UHGV virus genome: UHGV-0123062
Direction: 5' to 3' (one strand)
DNA length: 36,434 bases
Source: a virus
The number at the start of each line of letters is the position of its first letter. Positions within the stretch are counted from its first letter, which is position 1. Below, in pieces: positions 6,862 through 15,472 of this stretch. The translations under genes were made by a program, and so were the position numbers. The notes beneath the pieces are model-generated. The model saw only the letters and a program-made list of their open reading frames with translations, had not been told where the DNA came from and did no database searches.

Positions 6862-9684
6862 ATGACGACAGAGTACATCAGGGACTGGCAACAACCGCGC
6901 CACGCAGTGGGGCGTGAAGGAACGGGGATCCCCGCACCTGAATCCGCGCTTTCCTCCTGGCTGGATGCCTACCGGGCAGAGAACGAGCGCCGACAGGAAA
7001 AGGCTGATGCGGCGTTCTCCGCCACGCCGCTGGGCAACCTGATTAATAAAAGCCTGGATGCACAGGAAAAACAGGACAAAACTATCACACTGGCAGGAGA
7101 CGCCAGAAAACAGGCACGCGGCGCGGTGGATGAAGCCATGGCCTCGCTGCGCCTGCTGCCGTCCTATCTGCGCGATCCGCTTATTCGCCACCTCTCCTTC
7201 CTGCGCAAAAAACAGGAAGCCGATCGCCGGAAAGGCAAAAAGAGCTGGCAGGCGGAACGCTATGCACGCGGAACCCTGCGCAAAATATTCGAACGTCTGG
7301 ATCGCACTGACGGACGCTGGCTGACACCGGGTTATCGCTCCCTTGCCGGACGCGAACGCCTGGACGATTTGCTTTACCTGCCGCAGCTCAACAAACACCA
7401 GATACAGACGCTGGCCACCATGACGGCGGCGATGTTCAGCAGCACCTTCGAAAAACTCTGCGATGGCTTTGGCGCGACCGATGGCGAACTGACCATGGAT
7501 GTAACGCTGAAGACGTATCAGATGCTGGCCCGCATGGCGTTACACCTGCACATCATGCCTCCACATTATGACGCACTGACAACAGATAAAGACCGGAGGA
7601 ACGAACCGGACACGGAGCTGCTGCCGGGCGCAGTCCTTCGCCTGACCTGTGCGGAATGGTGGAAACGCAAACTGTGGCTGTTACGTTGCGAGTGGAGAGA
7701 AGAACAACTCCGCGCCGCCTGTCTGGTTTCCAGAAAAACATCGCCCTATCTGAGCCAGGACGCATTAAGCGAGTTTCGCGCACAGCGCGAGAAAACACGC
7801 GATTTCCTGAAAAGTTTCATGCTGGAAAATGAAGACGGGTTCACGATTGATCTCGAGACGGTGTATTACGCGGGAGTAAGTAACCCGGTTCACCGTAAGG
7901 CAGAAATGATGGCCACCATGAAGGGGCTGGAACTTCTGGCCGAAGCCCGTGGCGACAGAGCGGTGTTTCTGACTGTCACCTGCCCGTCAAAATACCACGC
8001 AACAACGGAGAACGGTCATCCGAATCCCAAATGGAACGGGGCCACCATGCGCGACTCCAGCGATTACCTGGTTAACACGTTTTTTGCGGCGGTCCGCAAA
8101 AAACTGAACCGCGACGGTCTTCGCTGGTATGGCATCCGCACGGTGGAGCCTCACCATGACGGCACTGTGCACTGGCATATGATGGTCTTTGCACATCCGG
8201 ACGAGATTGAAACCATCGTGTCCCACGTCTGCGATATTGCCATTCAGGAAGACCGCCACGAGCTGGGCGATGACATAACTCCGCGTTTTAAAGCGGAGTA
8301 CGTCGACGGCTCAAAAGGCACGCCAACCAGCTACATCGCCACCTACATCGGAAAGAACCTGGACAGCCGCGCCGTGGATGGTATCGACCCGAAAACGGGC
8401 AAGCCACGCGTTGACCACGAAACCGGAAAATCAATGGCCGAGAGCGTGGAGCGCGCCATCGGCTGGGCGCGCCTTCACCGGGTCCGCCAGTTCCAGTTCT
8501 TTGGCATCCCCTCCCGTCAGGTGTGGCGTGAACTGCGCCGCCTTGCCAGCCAGATGGCACGCAACCCGGAAGGCCCGCAACGGCTGAAGGATGACGCAAT
8601 GGATGCAGTGCTCGCTGCCGCTGATGCCGGGTGTTTTGCCTCCTACATTGAAAAACAGGGCGGCGTACTTGTTCCACGCAAAGACTACCTGATTCGCACC
8701 GCCTACGACCTCGCAGATGAGCTGAACGATTACGGCGAACAGAGCGTACAGATTTACGGGATCTGGTCACCACTCATCGGGGAGTCTTCCCGTGTGTGCA
8801 CACATCCGGATAACTGGAAGCTGGTAAGACGTAAACCGGAAGCGGAAGACAGCGCCCGCGAAAATGGTTTTGACCTTCAGGGCGGCCCTGCCGCCCCTTG
8901 GACTCGTGGCAATAACTGTCCCCGTGTACAGGAAACGGACAACAACGGGACAGAACAGCCGGAAGAACGGCCAGCACCGTGGCCGCAGCTTCCTGACGGC
9001 GTTGACGTGAACGAATGGATGCGCTCACTGAAACGGCACGAACGCCGGGCGCTGATGCGTTCGCTTCGTGACAAACAGGCAAAAAACAGCAGTGATGAAA
9101 TGCAGAGCTGGACACAGAGCCGCAAACAGCAGCGGCCTTTGCCTGATAACCACGAATTACTCGCTAAAGAATGGCGGGAATCTGCCGAATCTCTCGGCCT
9201 GCATATCGGTGAACAGCAGATGCAGCACCTGTTACGGGGCGGCAGCCTGTACGTTGACGGCAGCATCATTGCACCGCAGGGATTTGAAATTGTACGCAAA
9301 CCGGATACCCGCCCGGACAGCCGAATCACGCAGCTCTGGCAGCGCCTGAGCCGTAATCACGGCGTAAGCAGCACAGAGATCCGCCATAACCCAGTCGCCA
9401 GCTATCTGGAACAACTGGGGGCATCAGACCCCGAAGCCGCCGCACGTCTGGCATCCACACTTCAGCAGGACCAGAACACCATGCCCCCCCCCGTTACCGT
9501 GCTTTCTGACATGCTGCGCGCCATCCGTGACGCAGAGCACGCACAGAGAATCAGTGAAACCACTGAACGCGCCCACCGCAAAGCAGACCTGCTGCGGGGT
9601 AGCCTGACCAGTGGAAACAAAAAACAGACAGAAACGGGACTCACAAATCCCGTAAATGAGCAAAAAACGCGCCGCGATATATGA
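6862..9684 (+). CDS. A: Rolling-circle replication initiator endonuclease (P2 A-like), with long C-terminal extension
   Basis: HUH motif (HWHMMVFAHPDE) and Y-x3-Y active-site pair (SYIATYIGK); 940 aa, longer than P2 A as recalled. Confidence 0.9.
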   Translation: MTTEYIRDWQQPRHAVGREGTGIPAPESALSSWLDAYRAENERRQEKADAAFSATPLGNLINKSLDAQEKQDKTITLAGDARKQARGAVDEAMASLRLLPSYLRDPLIRHLSFLRKKQEADRRKGKKSWQAERYARGTLRKIFERLDRTDGRWLTPGYRSLAGRERLDDLLYLPQLNKHQIQTLATMTAAMFSSTFEKLCDGFGATDGELTMDVTLKTYQMLARMALHLHIMPPHYDALTTDKDRRNEPDTELLPGAVLRLTCAEWWKRKLWLLRCEWREEQLRAACLVSRKTSPYLSQDALSEFRAQREKTRDFLKSFMLENEDGFTIDLETVYYAGVSNPVHRKAEMMATMKGLELLAEARGDRAVFLTVTCPSKYHATTENGHPNPKWNGATMRDSSDYLVNTFFAAVRKKLNRDGLRWYGIRTVEPHHDGTVHWHMMVFAHPDEIETIVSHVCDIAIQEDRHELGDDITPRFKAEYVDGSKGTPTSYIATYIGKNLDSRAVDGIDPKTGKPRVDHETGKSMAESVERAIGWARLHRVRQFQFFGIPSRQVWRELRRLASQMARNPEGPQRLKDDAMDAVLAAADAGCFASYIEKQGGVLVPRKDYLIRTAYDLADELNDYGEQSVQIYGIWSPLIGESSRVCTHPDNWKLVRRKPEAEDSARENGFDLQGGPAAPWTRGNNCPRVQETDNNGTEQPEERPAPWPQLPDGVDVNEWMRSLKRHERRALMRSLRDKQAKNSSDEMQSWTQSRKQQRPLPDNHELLAKEWRESAESLGLHIGEQQMQHLLRGGSLYVDGSIIAPQGFEIVRKPDTRPDSRITQLWQRLSRNHGVSSTEIRHNPVASYLEQLGASDPEAAARLASTLQQDQNTMPPPVTVLSDMLRAIRDAEHAQRISETTERAHRKADLLRGSLTSGNKKQTETGLTNPVNEQKTRRDI

Positions 9685-9730
9685 AGCGCACACAAAACAG
9701 GCAAAAACGGGATTTAAAAATCCTGTAACC
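9630..9730. promoter_or_regulatory. Candidate parC-like centromere/operator: two palindromic repeat units
   Basis: ACGGGA-N8-TCCCGT (9634..9653) and ACGGGA-N8-TCCTGT (9707..9726) immediately upstream of parM; the first unit lies inside the 3' end of A. Confidence 0.4.
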
Positions 9731-9760
9731 GATTAATTAATCAACATAAGGAAAAGCGAC

Positions 9761-10720
9761 ATGAAAATTTGTATCGACGACGGCTCCACCAACATCAAGC
9801 TGGCATGGACTGAGAACGGCGAACGCCGCAACGCCATCAGCCCGAACAGCTTCAAGTCGGAATGGTCTGCGCCGTTCGGTGGCACGCAGCCCGCGAACTA
9901 CATGCTTGATGGCGTGCGCTATGGTTTTGATCCGGTCAGCGATCGCTTTGTCCAGACGACCGACACGCAATACCAGTACAGCGATGTGAATGTAATTGCC
10001 ATTCATCACGCGCTGGTCAAATCAGGCATCACACCACAGGAAGTGGATGTGGTTGTCACCCTGCCACTGAGCGAGTATTTCGACACAAACGCACAGCCGG
10101 ACATGGCCAACATCAACCGCAAAAAAGCGAACGTTATGCGCCCGGTGGAGTACCAGAACGGCGAAGCATTCACTATCCGTAACGTGCGGGTTATGCCTGA
10201 ATCCATTCCGGCTGGCTTTAAGGCACTGGCTGACATGAGTCCGTTTGAATCCCTGCTGATTGTGGATTTAGGCGGAACCACGCTGGATGTGGCAAAGGTT
10301 CAGGGACAACTGGCAGGTATCAGCCAGGTGTTTTGCGATCCACACGTAGGCGTTTCCCTGATGTCCGATGCCGTACTGTCGGTGATGGCCACTAACGGTA
10401 TGCGTACCAGTCACCACATCGCCAATACCATTATCGAACATCGCCATGATGAAGCCTGGCTGCGCCAGCACATCCACAATGACGCGCATTACGCCAGCCT
10501 GATGGCGGTTATTCGTGAAAAGGAAGAAACACTGAAACAACGCGTGATCCGCGCGCTGGCGGGTTTTTCGGGTTACGGGCGGGTGATGATTGTCGGTGGC
10601 GGGGCAGAAATTGTGGCACCCGCTATCCGCGAAGCCTGCGGAGTTAATGCGACTTTCATCGCGGACGGGGTGCCACAGTTTGCTCTGGTTAATGGGCTGT
10701 ACGCAATGGACAAGGAGTAA
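9761..10720 (+). CDS. parM: ParM/StbA-family actin-like partition ATPase
   Basis: N-terminal phosphate-1 motif (ICIDDGSTNIKLAW), ISPNSFK, YSDVNVIAIHHAL, VMPESIPAG, LIVDLGGTTLD and IVGGGAE match my recollection of plasmid R1 ParM along the whole length; AAGGA RBS. Confidence 0.85.
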   Translation: MKICIDDGSTNIKLAWTENGERRNAISPNSFKSEWSAPFGGTQPANYMLDGVRYGFDPVSDRFVQTTDTQYQYSDVNVIAIHHALVKSGITPQEVDVVVTLPLSEYFDTNAQPDMANINRKKANVMRPVEYQNGEAFTIRNVRVMPESIPAGFKALADMSPFESLLIVDLGGTTLDVAKVQGQLAGISQVFCDPHVGVSLMSDAVLSVMATNGMRTSHHIANTIIEHRHDEAWLRQHIHNDAHYASLMAVIREKEETLKQRVIRALAGFSGYGRVMIVGGGAEIVAPAIREACGVNATFIADGVPQFALVNGLYAMDKE

Positions 10721-10724
10721 ACCA

Positions 10725-11036
10725 ATGACGACACCAACCAGACGGATAAGTTTCTATCTGAAGCCCGCCGCCGTCAAGAACGAAGGCGAAGCATGCGCCT
10801 GGCTGGACAGCCTTACACCAGAAGCCCGCAAAAGTGGTCAACGCGTGGCTTTTCTGGCCGGGCTGGCACTACTGAAAATGAATCCGGCAGAGGCTTACCG
10901 ACTGGCTGCATGGGCTGATGATGAGGCGTTATCAATGACACAAACCAGGACAGAACGCCCCGCGTCACAGCCAGTATCAACCGCACAGATAACCAGTCAG
11001 ATGGCCGGAAATATCCGGGCGTTATTTCCCGAATAA
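10725..11036 (+). CDS. parR: ParR-like ribbon-helix-helix partition adaptor
   Basis: Immediately downstream of parM with AAGGAG RBS; N-terminal beta-strand segment (RRISFYLKP), FLAGLALL and C-terminal NIRALFPE resemble R1 ParR as recalled; start trimmed to ATG 10725 inside listed ORF 10590..11036. Confidence 0.65.
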   Translation: MTTPTRRISFYLKPAAVKNEGEACAWLDSLTPEARKSGQRVAFLAGLALLKMNPAEAYRLAAWADDEALSMTQTRTERPASQPVSTAQITSQMAGNIRALFPE

Positions 11037-11041
11037 CACAA

Positions 11042-11065
11042 CATCAGGGCGCATCCGCCCTGATG
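11042..11065 (+). other. Perfect 10-bp stem / 4-nt loop hairpin (CATCAGGGCG-catc-CGCCCTGATG) between parR and the next gene
   Basis: Seen directly; no adjacent T-run, so terminator function is uncertain. Confidence 0.4.
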
Positions 11066-11099
11066 ACTTTAACCCGGGAGCATAAACAAGGGGGACACA

Positions 11100-11744
11100 A
11101 TGCAACACATTGACAGAGAAAAAGCGCAGCGACTGATTGAGCGGATGGAAGCGCTGGCGAAAGAAGAAAATGTCAACATCCAAAAAATAGCTGAATGTGG
11201 CCAGATAGTTCTTCGTCGTGAAAAAGACCTCAAACAACTGATGTCTGGCGAAACCAGCAAAACATGGACTTCAGGCGAGAAGACGGTTTATTGCAGCTTC
11301 TGCAATAAATCCCAGTACGAAGTCACAAAGGTGATTGCCGGACCGTCTGTTTACATCTGCAATGAGTGCGTGGATTTGTGCAATGAAATTATCAGGAAAG
11401 AAGTGACAGACAAAAAGGAAAAAAAACGCATGAACAGAAAACAGAAACAAGAGTTGAAATACTTCTTACGTAAAGAAATTGCCAGGCTTGAAGATGCAGA
11501 GTCACAATCATCAGAAATTCCGTTCGGAATGGATATCAACGACGCCCGTATGCTCCAGGCATACCGCATAGCTCAGGCTGCACTACAGGCAAAACCGTCA
11601 GATGGACTGGTTAGAGCAGTACATTTCTATGAACAGGTAAAGCGTGAGAATCCGCCAGTCGAAACTGGAGTATGGAAAGACGCTATTGACTGGGTGACCA
11701 AAGAGGCTTGCCAAGCTGTAGACATTGGCATCAAAGGAGAGTGA
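11100..11744 (+). CDS. ClpX zinc-binding-domain (ZBD) mimic protein
   Basis: Residues ~64-100 ([39 protein letters not shown]) closely match the C4 zinc-ribbon of the ClpX N-terminal domain as I recall it from E. coli ClpX; no AAA+ ATPase module follows; flanking regions are unrelated to ClpX. Confidence 0.75.
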   Translation: MQHIDREKAQRLIERMEALAKEENVNIQKIAECGQIVLRREKDLKQLMSGETSKTWTSGEKTVYCSFCNKSQYEVTKVIAGPSVYICNECVDLCNEIIRKEVTDKKEKKRMNRKQKQELKYFLRKEIARLEDAESQSSEIPFGMDINDARMLQAYRIAQAALQAKPSDGLVRAVHFYEQVKRENPPVETGVWKDAIDWVTKEACQAVDIGIKGE

Positions 11745-11745
11745 T

Positions 11746-12009
11746 ATGGCAACTTTGACAAAAAAAGAGCAAGCATGGTTGAGCGAATTACAGGACGTTC
11801 TTGATCGCTGTCCATCACCGAAAAAAATTGGTTTTTACACCATTGGCGATAAAAGCATTTACCTGTATGACCTACGCCGCATGGATGAAATCATGGAGGC
11901 TCTTGATAATCGTTCGTCAATGGATTGGTGTGTTGCTGTCCATGATATGAATGCAGGGTTTGATGAAAAGATTTTGTTCCCCTCATCAGTTGAAAGCACA
12001 GCAGGATAA
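11746..12009 (+). CDS. Hypothetical protein (87 aa), coupled to the ClpX-ZBD gene
   Basis: ATG 11746 is 1 nt after the upstream stop, with AGGAG RBS; followed by a strong terminator. Confidence 0.5.
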   Translation: MATLTKKEQAWLSELQDVLDRCPSPKKIGFYTIGDKSIYLYDLRRMDEIMEALDNRSSMDWCVAVHDMNAGFDEKILFPSSVESTAG

Positions 12010-12043
12010 GGACCCAGCAAATATACACAACCTATAAAACACT

Positions 12044-12070
12044 AAAGCGCCTCAGGGGCGCTTTTTGTTT
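12044..12070 (+). terminator. Rho-independent terminator (AAAGCGCC-tcagg-GGCGCTTT + T-run)
   Basis: 8-bp GC-rich stem, 5-nt loop, TTTTTGTTT tail; ends the rightward early/accessory transcript. Confidence 0.75.
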
Positions 12071-12100
12071 GCACAAAAGTGCACAAATTTGCACAATTTT
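12071..12100. repeat. Three tandem 10-bp repeats GCACAAA(A/T)(G/T)T
   Basis: Seen directly: gcacaaaagt gcacaaattt gcacaatttt, helical-turn phasing, just after the terminator. Confidence 0.5.
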
Positions 12101-12520
12101 TTTGAACAACTTTTTACCCTTCCGACCCGCATGGCGGCTGGATCCGTCAAGGATCCGTGCGTGCACAAAAAAACGCGTTTTTTCTGCGCGCAGGTGACGG
12201 GGGAACAGCCCGCGTTTCAGGGGGTAAATAGCATTCCCTAAACGATGTCGCAGAGATACAACAGAATGGCTGTATTTCTCACGCTGAGCGTGAAAAAGAC
12301 GTGAGGGCTTTTGATTTGATGGGGTGAAAGGTAAGGCCGTCAAAATCGCACTGAGACGGCGAGAACATGCAGTCAACGCGGTGGGATTGCGTAAGAGTCT
12401 GGCTGTCGATGATGGCAATAAGCAGGAAAGCGTCGTGAAATTATCTGATTGATACAGGAGCTGGAGAGTCGGGGCATAAATTTTTTATGCCCCGGCGAAG
12501 CAGCAGACAAGCGAAGCGCG
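12101..12520. other. Non-coding region expected to contain cos (position not resolved)
   Basis: By P2 synteny cos lies between the A-side accessory genes and Q; contains a direct repeat GGATCCGT x2 (12141..12160), a GC-rich stretch GACGGGGGAACAGC (~12195..12208) and a 10-bp-stem hairpin (12472..12494). Confidence 0.3.
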
Positions 12521-13567
12521 TCAGGATGTGGGCTGGGTGTCCAGCAGTGCATAAGGGTTAAAGCGGATCACCTCTTCGCCAAGCCAGTCATTGATGTGCT
12601 TCATGGCCTCCATGACGGGCATCAGCTCGTTAATTGCGTAAACCCGCGCGGCCTTCTCCACATCACCAAACGCACTTTTTTCGCCCGGCATCGCCCCCAT
12701 CAGTTGCGGCGGAACGCGGTGCGCAGCCAGCACATCATCACGGGATGCCGCCTTAACATTCATGAACTCATCCTTTGCGGTGATCTGCTGGAACGGCAAA
12801 ATTTGCACCCCCTCTTTGCCCCCGTTGGGCGCATGGATGAGCACGTTTTTAAACGCACCACCACCACGCGCACCCTGTAGCGTTTCTTTCAGGGAGTCCA
12901 TGCTTTCGCGGTTTACCTGCGCTGCACCGATGTAGATGATGCACCCGGCGTGGGATCCATTGTCGTAATACAGTTTTCTGAACATGTCCGCCGAATGAGA
13001 CAGGCTGGCCGAGAGTAATGCGCCAAGATATTCCGGCATGCCGTAAATTTCCTGGTTAATGTCAGGATTCATCAGGTGGCACACTTTGCCAGGGCGAAAC
13101 TGAAACGCGTCCTTGCCATCCTGCACATACCACCATGATTCAAGATCGCTTCCGCGTCGCATGTATTTCGCCAGGGCGTGCCGTAATTTAAGCGGTTCGC
13201 CGAGCATATTGCTTCGAAGCTCAAGGAATGCGTTACCGAACACAAACCAGTCCAGCGCCAGCGCCGAGAAATCCTGCCGGGAAAGCAGCGGGTGCGGAAT
13301 ATAGCAGCCGAGCAATACATTGCGCTTAAAGTAAAGCGCAGACTGATGCCAGGACGTTTGCCGGGCAGCTCTTGCCAGACCGTACCAGTCCACCGGGGTT
13401 TCGTACCACCGCCCGTTATCAGCACAGTACATATTGTCCAGCAGGTCATGCCCGGTCAGGCGATAAGGACCATCAAATGTGAATGCACTGAGCGATGATT
13501 CTTTCCTGAGCGCATCAGCGAGATCAATGCGTGAACTCATGCGCACTTTTTTATTTTTTCTGCTCAT
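12521..13567 (-). CDS. Q: Portal protein (P2 Q-like)
   Basis: 348 aa; start ATG overlaps the terminase stop (ATGA); synteny with P on the minus strand. Confidence 0.85.
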   Translation of the reverse strand: MSRKNKKVRMSSRIDLADALRKESSLSAFTFDGPYRLTGHDLLDNMYCADNGRWYETPVDWYGLARAARQTSWHQSALYFKRNVLLGCYIPHPLLSRQDFSALALDWFVFGNAFLELRSNMLGEPLKLRHALAKYMRRGSDLESWWYVQDGKDAFQFRPGKVCHLMNPDINQEIYGMPEYLGALLSASLSHSADMFRKLYYDNGSHAGCIIYIGAAQVNRESMDSLKETLQGARGGGAFKNVLIHAPNGGKEGVQILPFQQITAKDEFMNVKAASRDDVLAAHRVPPQLMGAMPGEKSAFGDVEKAARVYAINELMPVMEAMKHINDWLGEEVIRFNPYALLDTQPTS

Positions 13568-15318
13568 CAGAACTCCATAACCGTGAAACGCTCGTTTTCT
13601 CCTTCGCCGCCAATCGGTTCGTTAATGACAGCAAGCATGGTTGCCCACGCAAGGTCGCCGTGGCTGATCCCCCTCGCTCGGTCCGTTTCGTAAGTGATAA
13701 AGCCGCCCGGTGTTTTCACCTTACGCACGGCGTTAAAGGCCGCGACCAGCTCGCGTTCGGCGCGATCGTATTCCCACCGCCCGGCACGCATTATTTGCAG
13801 CATTTTCAGTACCAGCGACCGTTTTGATGACAGCGTGAAGGTGTACGGAATAGCAGCAGGGAAAAACCGTTTCACTATCTGATAAACAGCCTCCCCGTTC
13901 CCGCCCGTCACATCAATGCCGATGTGTTCCACGTTATAGCGACACGTGAACTCTTCAATGACTCTGGCCTGTTCTTCAAACTCCAGCCCCTGAACGCGTC
14001 GCGTCTCCACCGTTCGGAAACGGCCACCAGGAACAGCCGGAGGAACCACCACGGACACAGCACCGCTGTCGCCGTTGCCACTGCTGCCGTTTGCGTCATA
14101 CCCAATCCATACCGGACGATTCCCCATCGGGCGGGGAGCAAAAGGTTTCCAGTCTTTCCAGTCGTCGTATCCGTCAACACCGCAGCCAATCAGGATATTC
14201 AGGTTAAATGCCGATTCCCCTTCGCGGACAAACTCACACATATAGAGATTGAGGAACTCGTCTTCGGTGTTTTCATCACGAATTTCGTCGATATCGGTGT
14301 GTTTCCAGCCGTGATTAACCACATCTTCCAGCGTGACAATTTGCCGCCAAGTCCGGTCAGGGCAGATAAGCCCGTTATGCAGCGTTTTCCAGTCCACAGA
14401 AAAACGCTGGCGTTTATGCGAGGCCTTTTTCTCGTTCCAGCGGTCGCCGTTCCAGTAGGCGTACGCCTCGTGCGTTTCGGTGGATGGCGTGGAGAAGTAG
14501 GTGCGCCGCAGTCCGCTGAGGGTTGCCATAGCGCCAGCCACCTTGCGCAGTTCAGCAAAGCGACTGACCCAGAAAAATTCATCAAAATAAAAATTGCCCG
14601 TATAGGACTGTGCCGACGCAGCAGAAGTGCCGAGAAAATGCAGCTCTGCGCCGTTGGAGAGGATGATTTTATCGCCCCCTTTCAGCTCCACATCAACTTC
14701 AGCCGCGACCTTCTGAATAATGCTTTTAAACTGGAACGCCTGACGACGCGACGCAGACAAAAAAATCTGGTTACGCTGGTAAGGTTGCGCCACATCGTCA
14801 CGCAGCGCCATCAGCAGAGCTTCCTGTGCAAAATACCAGGTCGCCCCAATCTGTCGGGATTTCAGGATCATCCTGTTACGTATCCCGGCTTCCCTGCAAA
14901 GTGTCAGGGAGTCAAACCAGCCCCGCTGATGCCACTCCAGCCTGCTGATGATTTTTTCCCGCAGTGCGGCAATCTGTTCCGGCGTGAAATGATTTTTAAG
15001 TTTTTTCGCCCGGCCTTTCTTTCCTGCGGCCATCACATCCGGCTGGCCATCATGCAGCTTTTTAAGCTGCCGGGTCAGCAGGTCTATTTCCTTAAAGTCA
15101 CCGCCTGTTTTATTCTGTTTTTCAGTAAGCTGGATGAGGCGCGCATCGATGGACTGCGTGACACGCTGCACGGGGGGCGTTTCATCCCACTGGTCGCGTT
15201 TTTTCCACGCATAAATCGTGTTCGGGTTTATTCCCATCAGACGTGATATTTCTGCGGGCGGATAACCCTGCCAGTAAAGTTGCCGCGCACGCTGGCGCAC
15301 AAAAGCGTCCTGAATCAT
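13567..15318 (-). CDS. P: Terminase large (ATPase) subunit (P2 P-like)
   Basis: 583 aa; divergent from the capsid operon, as in P2. Confidence 0.85.
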   Translation of the reverse strand: MIQDAFVRQRARQLYWQGYPPAEISRLMGINPNTIYAWKKRDQWDETPPVQRVTQSIDARLIQLTEKQNKTGGDFKEIDLLTRQLKKLHDGQPDVMAAGKKGRAKKLKNHFTPEQIAALREKIISRLEWHQRGWFDSLTLCREAGIRNRMILKSRQIGATWYFAQEALLMALRDDVAQPYQRNQIFLSASRRQAFQFKSIIQKVAAEVDVELKGGDKIILSNGAELHFLGTSAASAQSYTGNFYFDEFFWVSRFAELRKVAGAMATLSGLRRTYFSTPSTETHEAYAYWNGDRWNEKKASHKRQRFSVDWKTLHNGLICPDRTWRQIVTLEDVVNHGWKHTDIDEIRDENTEDEFLNLYMCEFVREGESAFNLNILIGCGVDGYDDWKDWKPFAPRPMGNRPVWIGYDANGSSGNGDSGAVSVVVPPAVPGGRFRTVETRRVQGLEFEEQARVIEEFTCRYNVEHIGIDVTGGNGEAVYQIVKRFFPAAIPYTFTLSSKRSLVLKMLQIMRAGRWEYDRAERELVAAFNAVRKVKTPGGFITYETDRARGISHGDLAWATMLAVINEPIGGEGENERFTVMEF

Positions 15319-15472
15319 TGCTCCCCCTGAGTAATTACAGGAAGATTACCCGCGCGCGAAACCGTTCTCCTTAACCCCCTGTTCTGGCCGTTTTCTTACA
15401 ACAAAAGCCCTTTGTATCAGCCTGTTACGCTTTGCCATCATGACTGAAGAACCAGTCAGAGGGGCAAAAACT
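15319..15472. promoter_or_regulatory. Divergent late promoter region (P-Q leftward, O-N-M-L rightward)
   Basis: Intergenic between divergent P and O; partial dyad TGT-N15-ACA (15380..15400), not the canonical TGT-N12-ACA, so assignment is by position only. Confidence 0.35.

Noticed and set aside
6337-7398. 353-aa minus-strand ORF overlapping the 6490..6855 gene and the 5' end of A
   Set aside because: Antisense to well-supported plus-strand genes with good RBSs; Cys/Arg/Gly-rich, low-complexity translation typical of a spurious reverse-frame ORF in GC-rich coding DNA.
7058-9704. Multiple short ORFs on both strands inside the A gene
   Set aside because: Nested within the well-supported 940-aa replication initiator ORF; no independent start signals.
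12240-12280. Possible LexA box (CTGT-N8-ACAG) for an SOS-inducible antirepressor
   Set aside because: CTGT sites here and elsewhere lack the matching ACAG half-site at the right spacing.
13924-15246. 440-aa plus-strand ORF
   Set aside because: Lies entirely antisense within the terminase large subunit gene; Arg/Pro-rich junk-like translation.
15319-15472. Canonical Ogr-responsive TGT-N12-ACA late promoter element
   Set aside because: Only a TGT-N15-ACA variant is present; the late promoter call is by position and given low confidence rather than by motif.
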